From the IMG/VR virus record IMGVR_UViG_3300049926_000089, positions 1-53,013 of that record: a stretch of 53,013 bases of DNA; one strand, given 5' to 3'. Origin of the DNA: a virus (lineage: Duplodnaviria; Caudoviricetes). The notes under the pieces were generated by a model. It did not search any database. It was not told where the DNA came from and saw only the letters and a list, made by a program, of their open reading frames with translations. The translations under genes and the position numbers were made by a program. Below, in pieces: positions 1 to 8,792 of this stretch; position 1 is the first letter of the stretch, and the number at the start of each line of letters is the position of its first letter.

Positions 1-575
1 GTCGTGCCCGGGAACAGGTGCGCCGCCGCGATGTTGACGTTGTTCCCGCCGGTGACGATGGTGGTCTTGTCTTCGCCGTCCTCGGCGAACGAGTTGGTCT
101 GCGCGGACCAGGCGCCGATCGCGCCGAGACCGTCGAACAGCAGCCCCGCCTGAGATGCGATGACGATGGAGTCGCTGGCCGCGCTGCCCCCTGTCGTGCC
201 CGTCGACCACGTCGAGGCCCCGGTGTTGGATCCGTTGGAGGCGGCCGAGTCGTACGGCAGGGGGTCCAGGCCGCTGATCTCGTACAGCACCCACGCCGAC
301 GCGTTGGCAACGCCCAGGACCACGTTCCACGACGTCTCCCCCGCCGAGACGTTGGGTTTCGTCCAGATCACATGCGCGTTGCGGTTCTCCTGAGAACGCA
401 ACTCCGTGAATCCGGTCGGCGGTGACGGCAGCGCCGCCGCGGTGGTGAAACAGAGGACGAGCGAGTTTCCCGCCCCGGTGGCCGCCGCCGTCACCGTCAC
501 CGTCGCTGACGGCGGATTGGCCGAACCGGTGGTCCCATGGACCACCTGGATGATGTTTCCCGCGCCCAGCGGCAT
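1..575 (-). CDS. Ser/Thr/Gly-rich putative virion fibre protein (3' end truncated by window edge)
   Basis: Absent from the ORF track. ATG at 575 directly follows the stop of 576..875 and is open to the edge: MPLGAGNIIQVVHGTTGSANPPSATVTVT...SAWVLYEISGLDP...; lies in the structural operon. Confidence 0.7.
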   Translation of the reverse strand, partial: MPLGAGNIIQVVHGTTGSANPPSATVTVTAAATGAGNSLVLCFTTAAALPSPPTGFTELRSQENRNAHVIWTKPNVSAGETSWNVVLGVANASAWVLYEISGLDPLPYDSAASNGSNTGASTWSTGTTGGSAASDSIVIASQAGLLFDGLGAIGAWSAQTNSFAEDGEDKTTIVTGGNNVNIAAAHLFPGT

Positions 576-875
576 CTACGACGTCACCCCGTAGCGCACA
601 TCGGGGTCGTCCCACCGGAACGGGCCGCCGAACGCCTGTTCGATCTGGTCACGGTCGAACACGATCCGGGAGTTCTTCGGCACCCCCATGTGCCTCGTGA
701 CCCCGTTCGCCCGGAAATGCAGGTTCAGGAACACCCGCCCGCACGGGTTGTCCACCACGATCTGATCCACGGTCTTGTCATTGAGGACGACGAACCCCGC
801 CCGCCACTGGGTCACCCCGTCGAGGCCGAGCCCCCGGGCGAAGACGAACGGCACCCCAGGCGTCGGATCGGCCAC
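576..875 (-). CDS. hypothetical protein, structural operon
   Basis: 99 aa, tightly packed between neighbours on the same strand. Confidence 0.7.
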   Translation of the reverse strand: MADPTPGVPFVFARGLGLDGVTQWRAGFVVLNDKTVDQIVVDNPCGRVFLNLHFRANGVTRHMGVPKNSRIVFDRDQIEQAFGGPFRWDDPDVRYGVTS

Positions 876-878
876 CGC

Positions 879-1535
879 CTACAGCGCCGATCCGTCCAGC
901 ACCAGCGCCGCCGCCGCCGCGGTGATCTGCCCCTGCGCGCCGAACACCTCAGGGATGACCCGCTGGAAGAAGCCCTCACCGCCGCCCACCACGGTCAAGT
1001 CCACCGCCGCACCACCCGACGTCAGCGACACCTTGAACGTGTCCGTAGCGACGTTGACGACGAAGTAGATGGTGCCCTCCGACACGCCGGTCGGCAGGGC
1101 CGCGCCGAACACGTCGAACAACATCACCCGGTCGCCGTTGGACATGCCGTGCGCCGGGGACAGGAACTGGTCGTTGGCCAGGTTCGTGTCGACGGAGAAG
1201 AAGCCCTTGATCGCCGACGCCCCGCCGAACGGGATGTACCCGCGATAGTTGCTGGTGTTACCCGACGAGGCGTTCCACAGCGTGAAGAAGGCGTACGTGC
1301 CAGCCGGAACGTCCCACGTGAACGTGTTCGTGTTCGACTTCACCAGCGACGCCGCGGCACCCCACGTGGCGGCCTGCCGGGCGTAGGCCGGGCTGCCGCC
1401 GGTCGCCTCACCGGACAGGGCGTTCGTGCCCGTACCGGGGTCGGTGAGGGTGTGGATGCCGACGTGCGTGACCTGAGTCGCCGACTCGTCGAGCGCGTCC
1501 AGGGCGGCGTGGATGGCGGTGTTGTTGAGCGGCAC
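879..1535 (-). CDS. putative virion structural/fibre protein
   Basis: AAGGAG RBS; 'EATGGSPAYARQAATW' motif typical of phage fibre/neck proteins; Ser/Thr-rich. Confidence 0.7.
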   Translation of the reverse strand: MPLNNTAIHAALDALDESATQVTHVGIHTLTDPGTGTNALSGEATGGSPAYARQAATWGAAASLVKSNTNTFTWDVPAGTYAFFTLWNASSGNTSNYRGYIPFGGASAIKGFFSVDTNLANDQFLSPAHGMSNGDRVMLFDVFGAALPTGVSEGTIYFVVNVATDTFKVSLTSGGAAVDLTVVGGGEGFFQRVIPEVFGAQGQITAAAAALVLDGSAL

Positions 1536-1620
1536 CTGGGGTCTCCTTGCTGGTCAGTCGTGCAGCGCGGTCGGCACGACGGTCCAGTGCCAGTCCGGGT
1601 CCGGGAACGAGTACTGCGGC

Positions 1621-2157
1621 TCAGGCGGCGATCGTGCCGCGGTACAGCGCGGCCACGCCCTGCGCGTACGGGGTGAGCTGCACGCCACCGCCCGCGTTGG
1701 TGTAGCGCACCGCGTAGTCGTCGATGGACTCCGACGTCACCGCGGCGACCGGCACCGCGTACGCCTGCGCAGCCATGTCCAGCACCGCGGCTTTCACGTC
1801 GTCCGGAACAGCCGTGTAGCCATGCGTCAGGTCGACCTGCACAGCGTCCGGCGGGGTCGCGAAGCAGGTGCCGAAGCCGGCGGACCGGTACAGCACGTTG
1901 CGGATCAACGTGTACCCCGTCACCGTCGCACTGTTGATCCGGACCGCCTGCACGGCGATCACAGGCCGGAACGGCAGAACGATGCTGGTATAGAACGTGC
2001 CGAGCCTCGTATACGTGACGGCGGTCGACGCGAATCGGGTGTCGGCGGCCAGGGAGAACTGCGCCGACGCGGCCGTCAGGGCCAGGGTCGCGGTGGCGGT
2101 GTCCAGGTCCTGCTGCAGGTAGGAGGCCAACTCCTCAGGGGTCGCGTACAGCGCCAT
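1621..2157 (-). CDS. head-to-tail adaptor
   Basis: Start re-called at MALYATPEELASYLQ; 'THGYTAVPDDVKAAVL...SESIDDYAVRY' is typical of actinophage adaptors. Confidence 0.8.
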   Translation of the reverse strand: MALYATPEELASYLQQDLDTATATLALTAASAQFSLAADTRFASTAVTYTRLGTFYTSIVLPFRPVIAVQAVRINSATVTGYTLIRNVLYRSAGFGTCFATPPDAVQVDLTHGYTAVPDDVKAAVLDMAAQAYAVPVAAVTSESIDDYAVRYTNAGGGVQLTPYAQGVAALYRGTIAA

Positions 2158-2758
2158 GCGAACCCTCCGCGTCGTCGCGCACCGCGGCGAGGAACAGCGC
2201 CTCGTCGTGGGCCATCCGCTGCTCGTAGGACATACCGGCGCCCCTGCCCGGCTGCGCCCAGTGGTGCGTGAACGCGAACCCGCGCCGCACCACCGTCCGC
2301 CAGCCGGCCCGCGCCGCACGCCAGCTGACCAGGTTGTCGGAGTAGTAGTGGATCGGCGGGACCGGGCCGATGACCTTCCACAGGTCAATGGGCATGAACG
2401 GGATAACAGACATCTGCACCCGCGCCCAGTCCTCCATCTCCACGCCGTGCACACCGCAGTAGTCGAGCTTCCCGGCCGGGTTGACGATCCGCGGCGCCGG
2501 CAGGAACCCGGCCTCGACCGCTTCGATCGCGGTCAGGTCCCAGCCCTCGTGCGGTTCGAGATCGTCGGCGGAGAAGTGCAGGTAGTCGCCCTTCGCGGAC
2601 GCTGCGCCGGCGTTCCACCCTTCGGCGCAGGTGCCGAGGTCCTTGAACGTCACCGGATAGACGTCGTGGACGGAGCGGGTCTCGTAGGCCTTCAAGCAGC
2701 GGGCCAGGTCCGCTTCCCGACCGGTGACGGTGGGGATCACGACGGTGATCGTCGTCAT
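2135..2758 (-). CDS. glycosyltransferase family 2-like (GT-A)
   Basis: Start MTTITVVIPT; 'WNAGAASAKGDYLHFSADD' GT-A motif; YYSD. Confidence 0.85.
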   Translation of the reverse strand: MTTITVVIPTVTGREADLARCLKAYETRSVHDVYPVTFKDLGTCAEGWNAGAASAKGDYLHFSADDLEPHEGWDLTAIEAVEAGFLPAPRIVNPAGKLDYCGVHGVEMEDWARVQMSVIPFMPIDLWKVIGPVPPIHYYSDNLVSWRAARAGWRTVVRRGFAFTHHWAQPGRGAGMSYEQRMAHDEALFLAAVRDDAEGSHGAVRDP

Positions 2759-3801
2759 CGTTGCAGCACCTCCACCACGCGAGCGGCCGCGTCGCCGTCG
2801 CCGAACGGTTCGGCCCGAACTGCGACCGGTACACCCCTGGTGGCCAGCAACGGCAGTCGGGACAGGTCGACGTCGACGACGTTCCACCCGGCGTCGAGGG
2901 TCTCCGGCCACTCGGTTTCCGTCCGCAGGGTCGTGACGACCCGACCGAGGACGTAGGCGTCCTTCTGCAGTCCGCCGGAGTCGGTGACCACACCTCGGCA
3001 GCCGAGCAGCAGCCGCACCATCTGGGGGTACGGCAGTGCGTCGACGACACGGATCGGCCCGCGATCGAGGACGACGCCATGCTCGTGAGCGCGCGCGATC
3101 AGCCGGGGATGAGCCACCAGCACTACAGGCGCGTCGATCGCGGCCAGAGCCTTCACAACCGCGGCCAGCCGAATGGGGTGATCGGTGTTCTCCGGCCGGT
3201 GCACGGTAGCGACCACATAGTCGCCGGCCAGCTCGCCGATCGGCAGGGGGTCGTCGGTGACCGTCTCGCGGACGCGCAGCAGCACGTCCGTCATCACATC
3301 GCCGACGAGCACCGCCCGCCCGGCCAGGCCCTCACATGCGAGGTTGGTCAACGCCGAGCGGGTCGGGGCGAGCAGGATGTCGGCGGCGTGGTCGGTCAGG
3401 ACCCGGTTGTATTCCTCCGGCATCCGCCGATTCCAGGACCGCAGCCCCGCCTCGACGTGCGCTACCGGCAGGTGCAGCTTCACCGCGGCAACCGCCGCGG
3501 CGAGGGTCGAGTTGGTGTCCCCGTACACCAACACCCAGTCCGGCCGGTACCCGGCGAGGACCGGGTCGAGGCCGGCCAGGATCGCGCCGGTCTGCACCCC
3601 GTGGGAGCCGGAGCCGACGCCGAGGTTGACGTCCGGTGTGGGGATCTTCAGGTCGGCGAAGAACACCCCGGACATGCGGTCGTCATAGTGCTGCCCGGTG
3701 TGCACGATGACGTGCTCGTGGCCGGCGGCGTCGAGGGCCTCCGCGACCGGGGCGAGCTTCACGAACTGCGGCCGGGCGCCGACAACGCTGACGACCTTCA
3801 C
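2755..3801 (-). CDS. wecB: UDP-N-acetylglucosamine 2-epimerase (non-hydrolysing)
   Basis: GARPQFVK, HTGQHYD, VYGDTNS, HVEAGLRS, MPEEYNR, TDSGGLQK motifs; GTG start overlaps the upstream stop. Confidence 0.95.
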   Translation of the reverse strand: MKVVSVVGARPQFVKLAPVAEALDAAGHEHVIVHTGQHYDDRMSGVFFADLKIPTPDVNLGVGSGSHGVQTGAILAGLDPVLAGYRPDWVLVYGDTNSTLAAAVAAVKLHLPVAHVEAGLRSWNRRMPEEYNRVLTDHAADILLAPTRSALTNLACEGLAGRAVLVGDVMTDVLLRVRETVTDDPLPIGELAGDYVVATVHRPENTDHPIRLAAVVKALAAIDAPVVLVAHPRLIARAHEHGVVLDRGPIRVVDALPYPQMVRLLLGCRGVVTDSGGLQKDAYVLGRVVTTLRTETEWPETLDAGWNVVDVDLSRLPLLATRGVPVAVRAEPFGDGDAAARVVEVLQR

Positions 3802-4685
3802 CGCAGTGCCCCGTCCGCGTCGTAGCGGCGCACATGCTCGTACACCTGCTCCATGCCGTCCTCGAGTTCGACGGTCGGGGCCCAGCCCAGCACGCGGAGC
3901 CGGTCCGTGGCCAGGCGCTTCACCACCGTCTGCCCGGGCGGTGCGTCCACCTCGACGATCAGATCCTCCGGCGCCCCGGCAAGCTTGCACGCCAGCCGGG
4001 CCACCTCGAGCATCGTGCGCGGGTCGTCGTCACGGCCGACGTTGACCACGAGTGCGTCCGGCTGCTCGATGGCGAGACGGATTCCGCGGACGACGTCGCC
4101 GACCCAGCACCACGAGCGTTCGGCGCCGCGGTGCACCGTGATCGGCGTCCGGTGATGCGCCTGCCACAGCATGGTGTCCATCGCGCGGCGGCCGCGGCCA
4201 GGCGGGGCGCCTGGACCGTACGGCATCGACGGGCGGAAGATGACCAGGCCATCCGGGGCGTACAGCCGGCAGGCCTCCTCACCCCACCGTTTCGTCAGCC
4301 CGTATGCGCCCTGCGGCAGCACGGTCGGCCCGTCCTCGCGGCACAGCTCGTCGCCCTGGTCGCCGTAGATCTCCGACGTGGAGGCGTACGCGAGCCGCAC
4401 CCCTGCGTCGCCGCAGGCCTGCGCAACGATCGTGGTCATCTCGGCGTTGAGGCGCACCGTACGGCGGACGTCGTCCTCGGAGAAGATGCGGCCCACCTGC
4501 GCGGCGAGGTGCACCACGAGATCCGGCCTGGTTCGGCGCAGCCAGCCCGCGGCGACGCCCGGCTCGAGCAGATCACCGCCGGCGTTGATGCGGTCGATGG
4601 CGGTAACACGGTGGCCGACCTCAGCAAGCTCCGAGCACAACCACCGGCCGATGAAGCCTGCAGCGCCGGTGACGCCCAGCCTCAT
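3798..4685 (-). CDS. NAD-dependent nucleotide-sugar epimerase/dehydratase
   Basis: MRLGVTGAAGFIG Rossmann motif, VVHLAA, ASTSEIYG, catalytic YGLTK. Confidence 0.92.
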   Translation of the reverse strand: MRLGVTGAAGFIGRWLCSELAEVGHRVTAIDRINAGGDLLEPGVAAGWLRRTRPDLVVHLAAQVGRIFSEDDVRRTVRLNAEMTTIVAQACGDAGVRLAYASTSEIYGDQGDELCREDGPTVLPQGAYGLTKRWGEEACRLYAPDGLVIFRPSMPYGPGAPPGRGRRAMDTMLWQAHHRTPITVHRGAERSWCWVGDVVRGIRLAIEQPDALVVNVGRDDDPRTMLEVARLACKLAGAPEDLIVEVDAPPGQTVVKRLATDRLRVLGWAPTVELEDGMEQVYEHVRRYDADGALR

Positions 4686-5590
4686 CAGGTGTGCTTCCGT
4701 TCGGTCGTCTGCACCCATGAAGTGTCCGGAGGCGGTTTGGACCCGCTCGTCTTCTCCGCCCGCGCGAGGTCGGCCTTGATCGCCTTGTCGAGGGCCCGCT
4801 GGCGCAGGTAGTCGTCCTCGGCCAGCCACAGCGCCTTCTGGTGGCTGGTCTTCACCCCGGTGTGCACGTGCACCGGGATGTCGAGGGTGCCGGCGCGCAT
4901 GCAGAACGCCAGATCCTCGGACACCACCTGCCCGGTGGACGGGTTCGGGACCCGGTCATACCAGACCGGCCCGAACTTCTCCTCGATCCGCTCGAACACC
5001 GACCGGTGGATCAGGATGCACGCCGAACCAGTGCCGGCCACCCGGATCGCGGTGTTGTCCGGGTACTCCCAGCGGACCGCGAAGCCCATCTGCTCGTCGA
5101 TGTGCGCCCAGTCGAACACCGTCGGTGTGGCGGTGCAGCGCCAGCCGCCCATGTCGTCCGAGGTGTGTTCCCGCTGGCTGAAGCACAGGCCGCCGACGAT
5201 GGGCCGCTCGACCGGGTCCGCGACGGCGATCAGCCGGTCGAGGGCGTCGGCGGCGAAGCCCATGTCGGTGTCGAGCCAGAACAGCCACTCGGCCTGCTTC
5301 TCCCGCAGGAAGATCGCGACGGCCTTGTTCCGGGCCTCGACCAGGCCGTCGGTGCCGTAGCGGATGGCGACGAACCCGCCGCGCACCACCCGGCCGTGGT
5401 TGGCGAAGTCCCAGCCCATCAGCTCGACCAGCGAGTGATGCCAGGAGTAAGCGACCTCGTTGGAGTGGACGTAGGCCAGGGCTACCGCGCCGGCCATGTC
5501 AGGGGCGTCGCGTGGCGGCGGGCACGGCTCCGGGCCGGCGGTGTGCTCGGCGTTGCAGTCCGGATCGTGCGCGTACGTCTCGTCGGTCAT
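4685..5590 (-). CDS. glycosyltransferase (GT-A fold)
   Basis: 'ARNKAV...WLFWLDTDMGF' DxD motif; 'GSACILIHRSVF' and 'SEDLAFC' motifs. Confidence 0.85.
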   Translation of the reverse strand: MTDETYAHDPDCNAEHTAGPEPCPPPRDAPDMAGAVALAYVHSNEVAYSWHHSLVELMGWDFANHGRVVRGGFVAIRYGTDGLVEARNKAVAIFLREKQAEWLFWLDTDMGFAADALDRLIAVADPVERPIVGGLCFSQREHTSDDMGGWRCTATPTVFDWAHIDEQMGFAVRWEYPDNTAIRVAGTGSACILIHRSVFERIEEKFGPVWYDRVPNPSTGQVVSEDLAFCMRAGTLDIPVHVHTGVKTSHQKALWLAEDDYLRQRALDKAIKADLARAEKTSGSKPPPDTSWVQTTERKHT

Positions 5591-5605
5591 CGTGGGGTCC
5601 TTCGT

Positions 5606-5669
5606 GTGGATGGTGGTGGATGGTTGGGGCCTCCGACCGGCCGACCATCCACGAGCAGCCGGCCGGAGG
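5606..5669 (-). promoter_or_regulatory. leader stem-loop with loop complementary to a duplicated downstream 9-mer (candidate pseudoknot)
   Basis: 14-bp stem (5669-5656/5643-5630); loop contains GTGGATGGT; ACCATCCAC occurs twice just before the RBS. Confidence 0.55.
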
Positions 5670-5675
5670 AGCGCA

Positions 5676-5894
5676 TCAGGTGGGTTGCTGCACGGCCAGC
5701 TGGTCCGCGACGATGACCAGCGGCGGGAGCTGGCCGGGCATGCGATCCTCGAAGGCTTCCTTCAACTGCGTCGCGAACTCGTGGAACTCCTTTTCGGAGC
5801 GGACTTGGTCCGGCGAGATTCGGATGACGAGGAGGTCGCCGGGTCTGACGACCAGGCCCTCCTTCAGCTCCAGCGTGGTCAGCGGATCAGCCAC
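5676..5894 (-). CDS. hypothetical protein
   Basis: GTG start VADPLTTLELKEG overlapping the upstream gene end; start uncertain. Confidence 0.6.
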   Translation of the reverse strand: MADPLTTLELKEGLVVRPGDLLVIRISPDQVRSEKEFHEFATQLKEAFEDRMPGQLPPLVIVADQLAVQQPT

Positions 5895-6129
5895 GGCGCA
5901 CATTGCGCCGCTCGCCCGGCGCGGCCGTCGCCTGCTCGACCGGCGGATCGGCCATCTCCGGCGGCGGCGACGAGAACGCCAGGCCGTAGCGGGGGTCCGT
6001 CGTGAACGCGTCCGGCTTCTCCCGGACCACCGGGTCATCGGCCGACCAGTGCTGGCCGCGGTGCACGACGAACTGGGCGCCGTTCGCGAGGGTGAGCGTG
6101 GCGTTCTCGACGGGGTAGACGATGTCCAT
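5887..6129 (-). CDS. small post-capsid protein
   Basis: 80 aa ending VEQATAAPGERR, a motif typical of small actinophage post-capsid proteins. Confidence 0.75.
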   Translation of the reverse strand: MDIVYPVENATLTLANGAQFVVHRGQHWSADDPVVREKPDAFTTDPRYGLAFSSPPPEMADPPVEQATAAPGERRNVRRG

Positions 6130-6143
6130 GACGTTGCTGCCTT

Positions 6144-6189
6144 CCGGGCATGCGCGGGCCCCGGACGTGGTGCCGTGTCCGGGGCCCGC
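6144..6189 (-). terminator. GC-rich intergenic stem-loop
   Basis: 13-bp stem GCGGGCCCCGGAC/GTCCGGGGCCCGC between post-capsid genes; boundaries approximate. Confidence 0.5.
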
Positions 6190-6210
6190 AAAGTGGATGG
6201 TTCAGACGTT

Positions 6211-6435
6211 CTACTCGTAGCCGAGCTCGTTGAGCCGCTTGTTGATGTCACGGATCGCGTCGTCGTCACCGTTCGAGATGGCGGTCTGCTGCTCGGCGAC
6301 CAACTGCTGCACCGCCGGGTCCGTCGCGCCCGCCGCCGAGACGGGCTTGACCCGGGTCTTCGCCACGGAGGCGTCGGGCTCCGGCTTGTCAGCCCTCTTG
6401 GGCTCGGGCGTACTCGACGTTGAGGTCAGGGCCAT
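6211..6435 (-). CDS. hypothetical protein following capsid gene
   Basis: 74 aa with AAGGAGGAG RBS. Confidence 0.75.
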   Translation of the reverse strand: MALTSTSSTPEPKRADKPEPDASVAKTRVKPVSAAGATDPAVQQLVAEQQTAISNGDDDAIRDINKRLNELGYE

Positions 6436-6492
6436 GGTGCTCCTCCTTGTGTGCGGGGGATGGCGCCTACGTATTACCCAGCGGAGCTGGTC

Positions 6493-7998
6493 CTACGTGT
6501 TGACCAACAGCCGGAAGGCCAGGTCGTTGACGCTGTTCGAGCCGATCCGGGAGTAGGCGAACCAGCCGCGCTGACCTGTCGGCACGGCCGGGCCGGAACC
6601 CGCGGTGACCTGCTGGAACAGCTGCGGCACCAGCTCCACCGACATGCCGCCGTTGCGGGCGATCACGAAGTTGGAGAAGTCCCCGACGACCGCGACGCCG
6701 ATCGTGCTGGACGTGGTCGTGGTGGTGTCGGGCATGTACGGGTCCTCGTACACCGGCGCACCCATGAGCTGGTCGGCCCAGCCCTCGGGCATGTTGACGG
6801 TGTAGCCGTGGAACACGTTCGCGGCGCCGAGCTGCCGGATACCCGCGTTCGCACCGACGCTCATCAGCCACGACGCGTTACGGCGGAACCGCTGGCCGAG
6901 AACCTTCCACACGTTGTACGGGTCCTGCGAGTTGATGGCGCCGGCGGTGGCGACCCGCACCCGGACGTTGGTGTTCGCCGACAGCGCGGTCAGGATGCCC
7001 GTCGGCTCGCCGGTGCCGGAGCCGCGGGTGAACTTGTCCACCAGCAGCTCGTCGTAGCCCTCGGCGAGCAGCCGCGACATCTCCGACGCGAAGTCGGGGT
7101 AGTCCATCCCGACCTCGATCGAGTAGGGGATGAACCCGCGGGCCATGTGCACGTCCACGGTGGGCTGCGCCAGGGTCGGGCTGTTGTCCGTCGCCGGCGC
7201 GGCTTCCGTCTGGAACGCCCAGGTGACACCGGCCGAGCTGACACCCTTCCACCGGTTCGTGGAGACCGTCACCTGCCGGGCGATCGACAGGAACGGGTTA
7301 CCCGACCCCTGGGCCGTCAGGATGATCGACGGGTCGATGAACACCGGGATGCCGTAGCCGCCGGCCGACGACGTGAAGTCGGCCATTGCCCGGTACTCCT
7401 CCCAGGCCTGCACCGCCTGGCGCTCGTCCTCCGACAGGAACGGCTGCGGCCGCGTGACGAGCTTCATCCACGCCTCGCGGTAGTGCTCGTTCTCCGTCAC
7501 CAGGATTCGGCGGGCGATGTCACCGGAGCGGCGCAGCTGCTTCTCGACGAGGGTCTTCTGGTCGTCGTCGAGGTGCATGGTGTCGGACCGGTTGTCGAGC
7601 TTGCGCAGGGCCGCGTCGCGGGCTTCGGCGTTCGTCATCCGGCGCACGTCGCCGTAGGCGTCGTCGGGGTTGCGCTGGATGTTCAGCAGTGCCTGCTGCA
7701 CGGCCTTCGGCTTGCGGCGGAACACTTCCTGCACGGCGCGGTGCTCGTCGATGCGGGAGATCGCGATGTCGCGCAGCTTCAGCCCGTAGTCGAAGGCGGT
7801 CTGCTCGGCGGACGTCTTGTCCCGCAGCTCGCCGTCGTCGCTCTGGTGGATTGAGCGCAGGTGCGCGTCGAGGATCTCGACGAAGCGCTGCAGGTCGTCC
7901 GGGGTCATGCCCCGGATCTCCTCAGGTGTGGCGTCGCCGAGGTCCTCGACCTTCTTGTCGCGGAGCTGGGGCAGGATGTCGATCGGGCTGGTGGTCAC
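6493..7998 (-). CDS. major capsid protein (HK97 fold, N-terminal scaffold/delta domain)
   Basis: Follows protease; 'AGGYGIPVFIDPSII', 'GSGTGEPTGIL', 'VVGDFSNFVIA' motifs. Confidence 0.93.
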   Translation of the reverse strand: MTTSPIDILPQLRDKKVEDLGDATPEEIRGMTPDDLQRFVEILDAHLRSIHQSDDGELRDKTSAEQTAFDYGLKLRDIAISRIDEHRAVQEVFRRKPKAVQQALLNIQRNPDDAYGDVRRMTNAEARDAALRKLDNRSDTMHLDDDQKTLVEKQLRRSGDIARRILVTENEHYREAWMKLVTRPQPFLSEDERQAVQAWEEYRAMADFTSSAGGYGIPVFIDPSIILTAQGSGNPFLSIARQVTVSTNRWKGVSSAGVTWAFQTEAAPATDNSPTLAQPTVDVHMARGFIPYSIEVGMDYPDFASEMSRLLAEGYDELLVDKFTRGSGTGEPTGILTALSANTNVRVRVATAGAINSQDPYNVWKVLGQRFRRNASWLMSVGANAGIRQLGAANVFHGYTVNMPEGWADQLMGAPVYEDPYMPDTTTTTSSTIGVAVVGDFSNFVIARNGGMSVELVPQLFQQVTAGSGPAVPTGQRGWFAYSRIGSNSVNDLAFRLLVNT

Positions 7999-8792
7999 TT
8001 CAGGACTCCCCTGATACGGAGCGCGCCGTCATCGAGGCGCTGTCGGCTGGATCGGTCTGGCCGGTCGCCGTTTCCTGGCTCCGTACCGGGGTCACCTGGC
8101 TCGCCGCTCCGCGCGGCCGTACCGGTGAGTTCTAGGAACTCCGGGGTGCGCCGCAGGTCAGCGGCCAGCTCACGGAGCATCAGGCGGTGCTCGTCGGGGG
8201 TCAGCTGCGCCAGCAGCGACCGCACACCGACGGAGGTGGCGTCGTAGGCCGGGAAGACGACCGGGCCCAGCTCGTGCAGCGGGTCGATCTCCAGGATCGT
8301 GCGCTTCAGCGGGCCGCGGTCGCCGGGTTCCCACAGCAGCTTGGCCAACTCGTCGTCCTTGATCTTCACGCCGTCCTTGTCGGCCCAGGTCTCACGTGCG
8401 ACCTGGAACCGGAACGACATGCCGGTGAGGGCCTTGCCCTCGATGGCCTGGCGGATCGGCTCGACGATGTCGTTGTCGAACAGCCGGGCCCGCACGAACA
8501 GGCCCTGGTCGTCCTCGGACAGCTCGTCGATGGCGCCGATCGGGACGGAGCCGGTGCGCTGGTCACGGCCGTGGTCGAACTGCAGCACCGGCGTCTTCTT
8601 GCGCAGCGTCTTGCGGAACGCGCCGGCGGCGATCTCCTCGTCGAAGTCGCCTTCCCACCCCCGGATGCGGGTCGGGGTGTTGAACACCGCGGCGTAGCCC
8701 TCGAGGGTGCGGCCGTCGCCGACGTCGCCGGTGGCCCGGAACTCGACGGCGCGTAGGCAGATCGCAGGCGCGTTGGCCAGTGCAGATGTCAT
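7995..8792 (-). CDS. HK97-family prohead protease
   Basis: 'RTLEGYAAVFN', 'EEIAAGAF', 'FDHG', 'GMSFRF', 'ELGPVVFPAY'. Confidence 0.95.
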   Translation of the reverse strand: MTSALANAPAICLRAVEFRATGDVGDGRTLEGYAAVFNTPTRIRGWEGDFDEEIAAGAFRKTLRKKTPVLQFDHGRDQRTGSVPIGAIDELSEDDQGLFVRARLFDNDIVEPIRQAIEGKALTGMSFRFQVARETWADKDGVKIKDDELAKLLWEPGDRGPLKRTILEIDPLHELGPVVFPAYDATSVGVRSLLAQLTPDEHRLMLRELAADLRRTPEFLELTGTAARSGEPGDPGTEPGNGDRPDRSSRQRLDDGALRIRGVLK

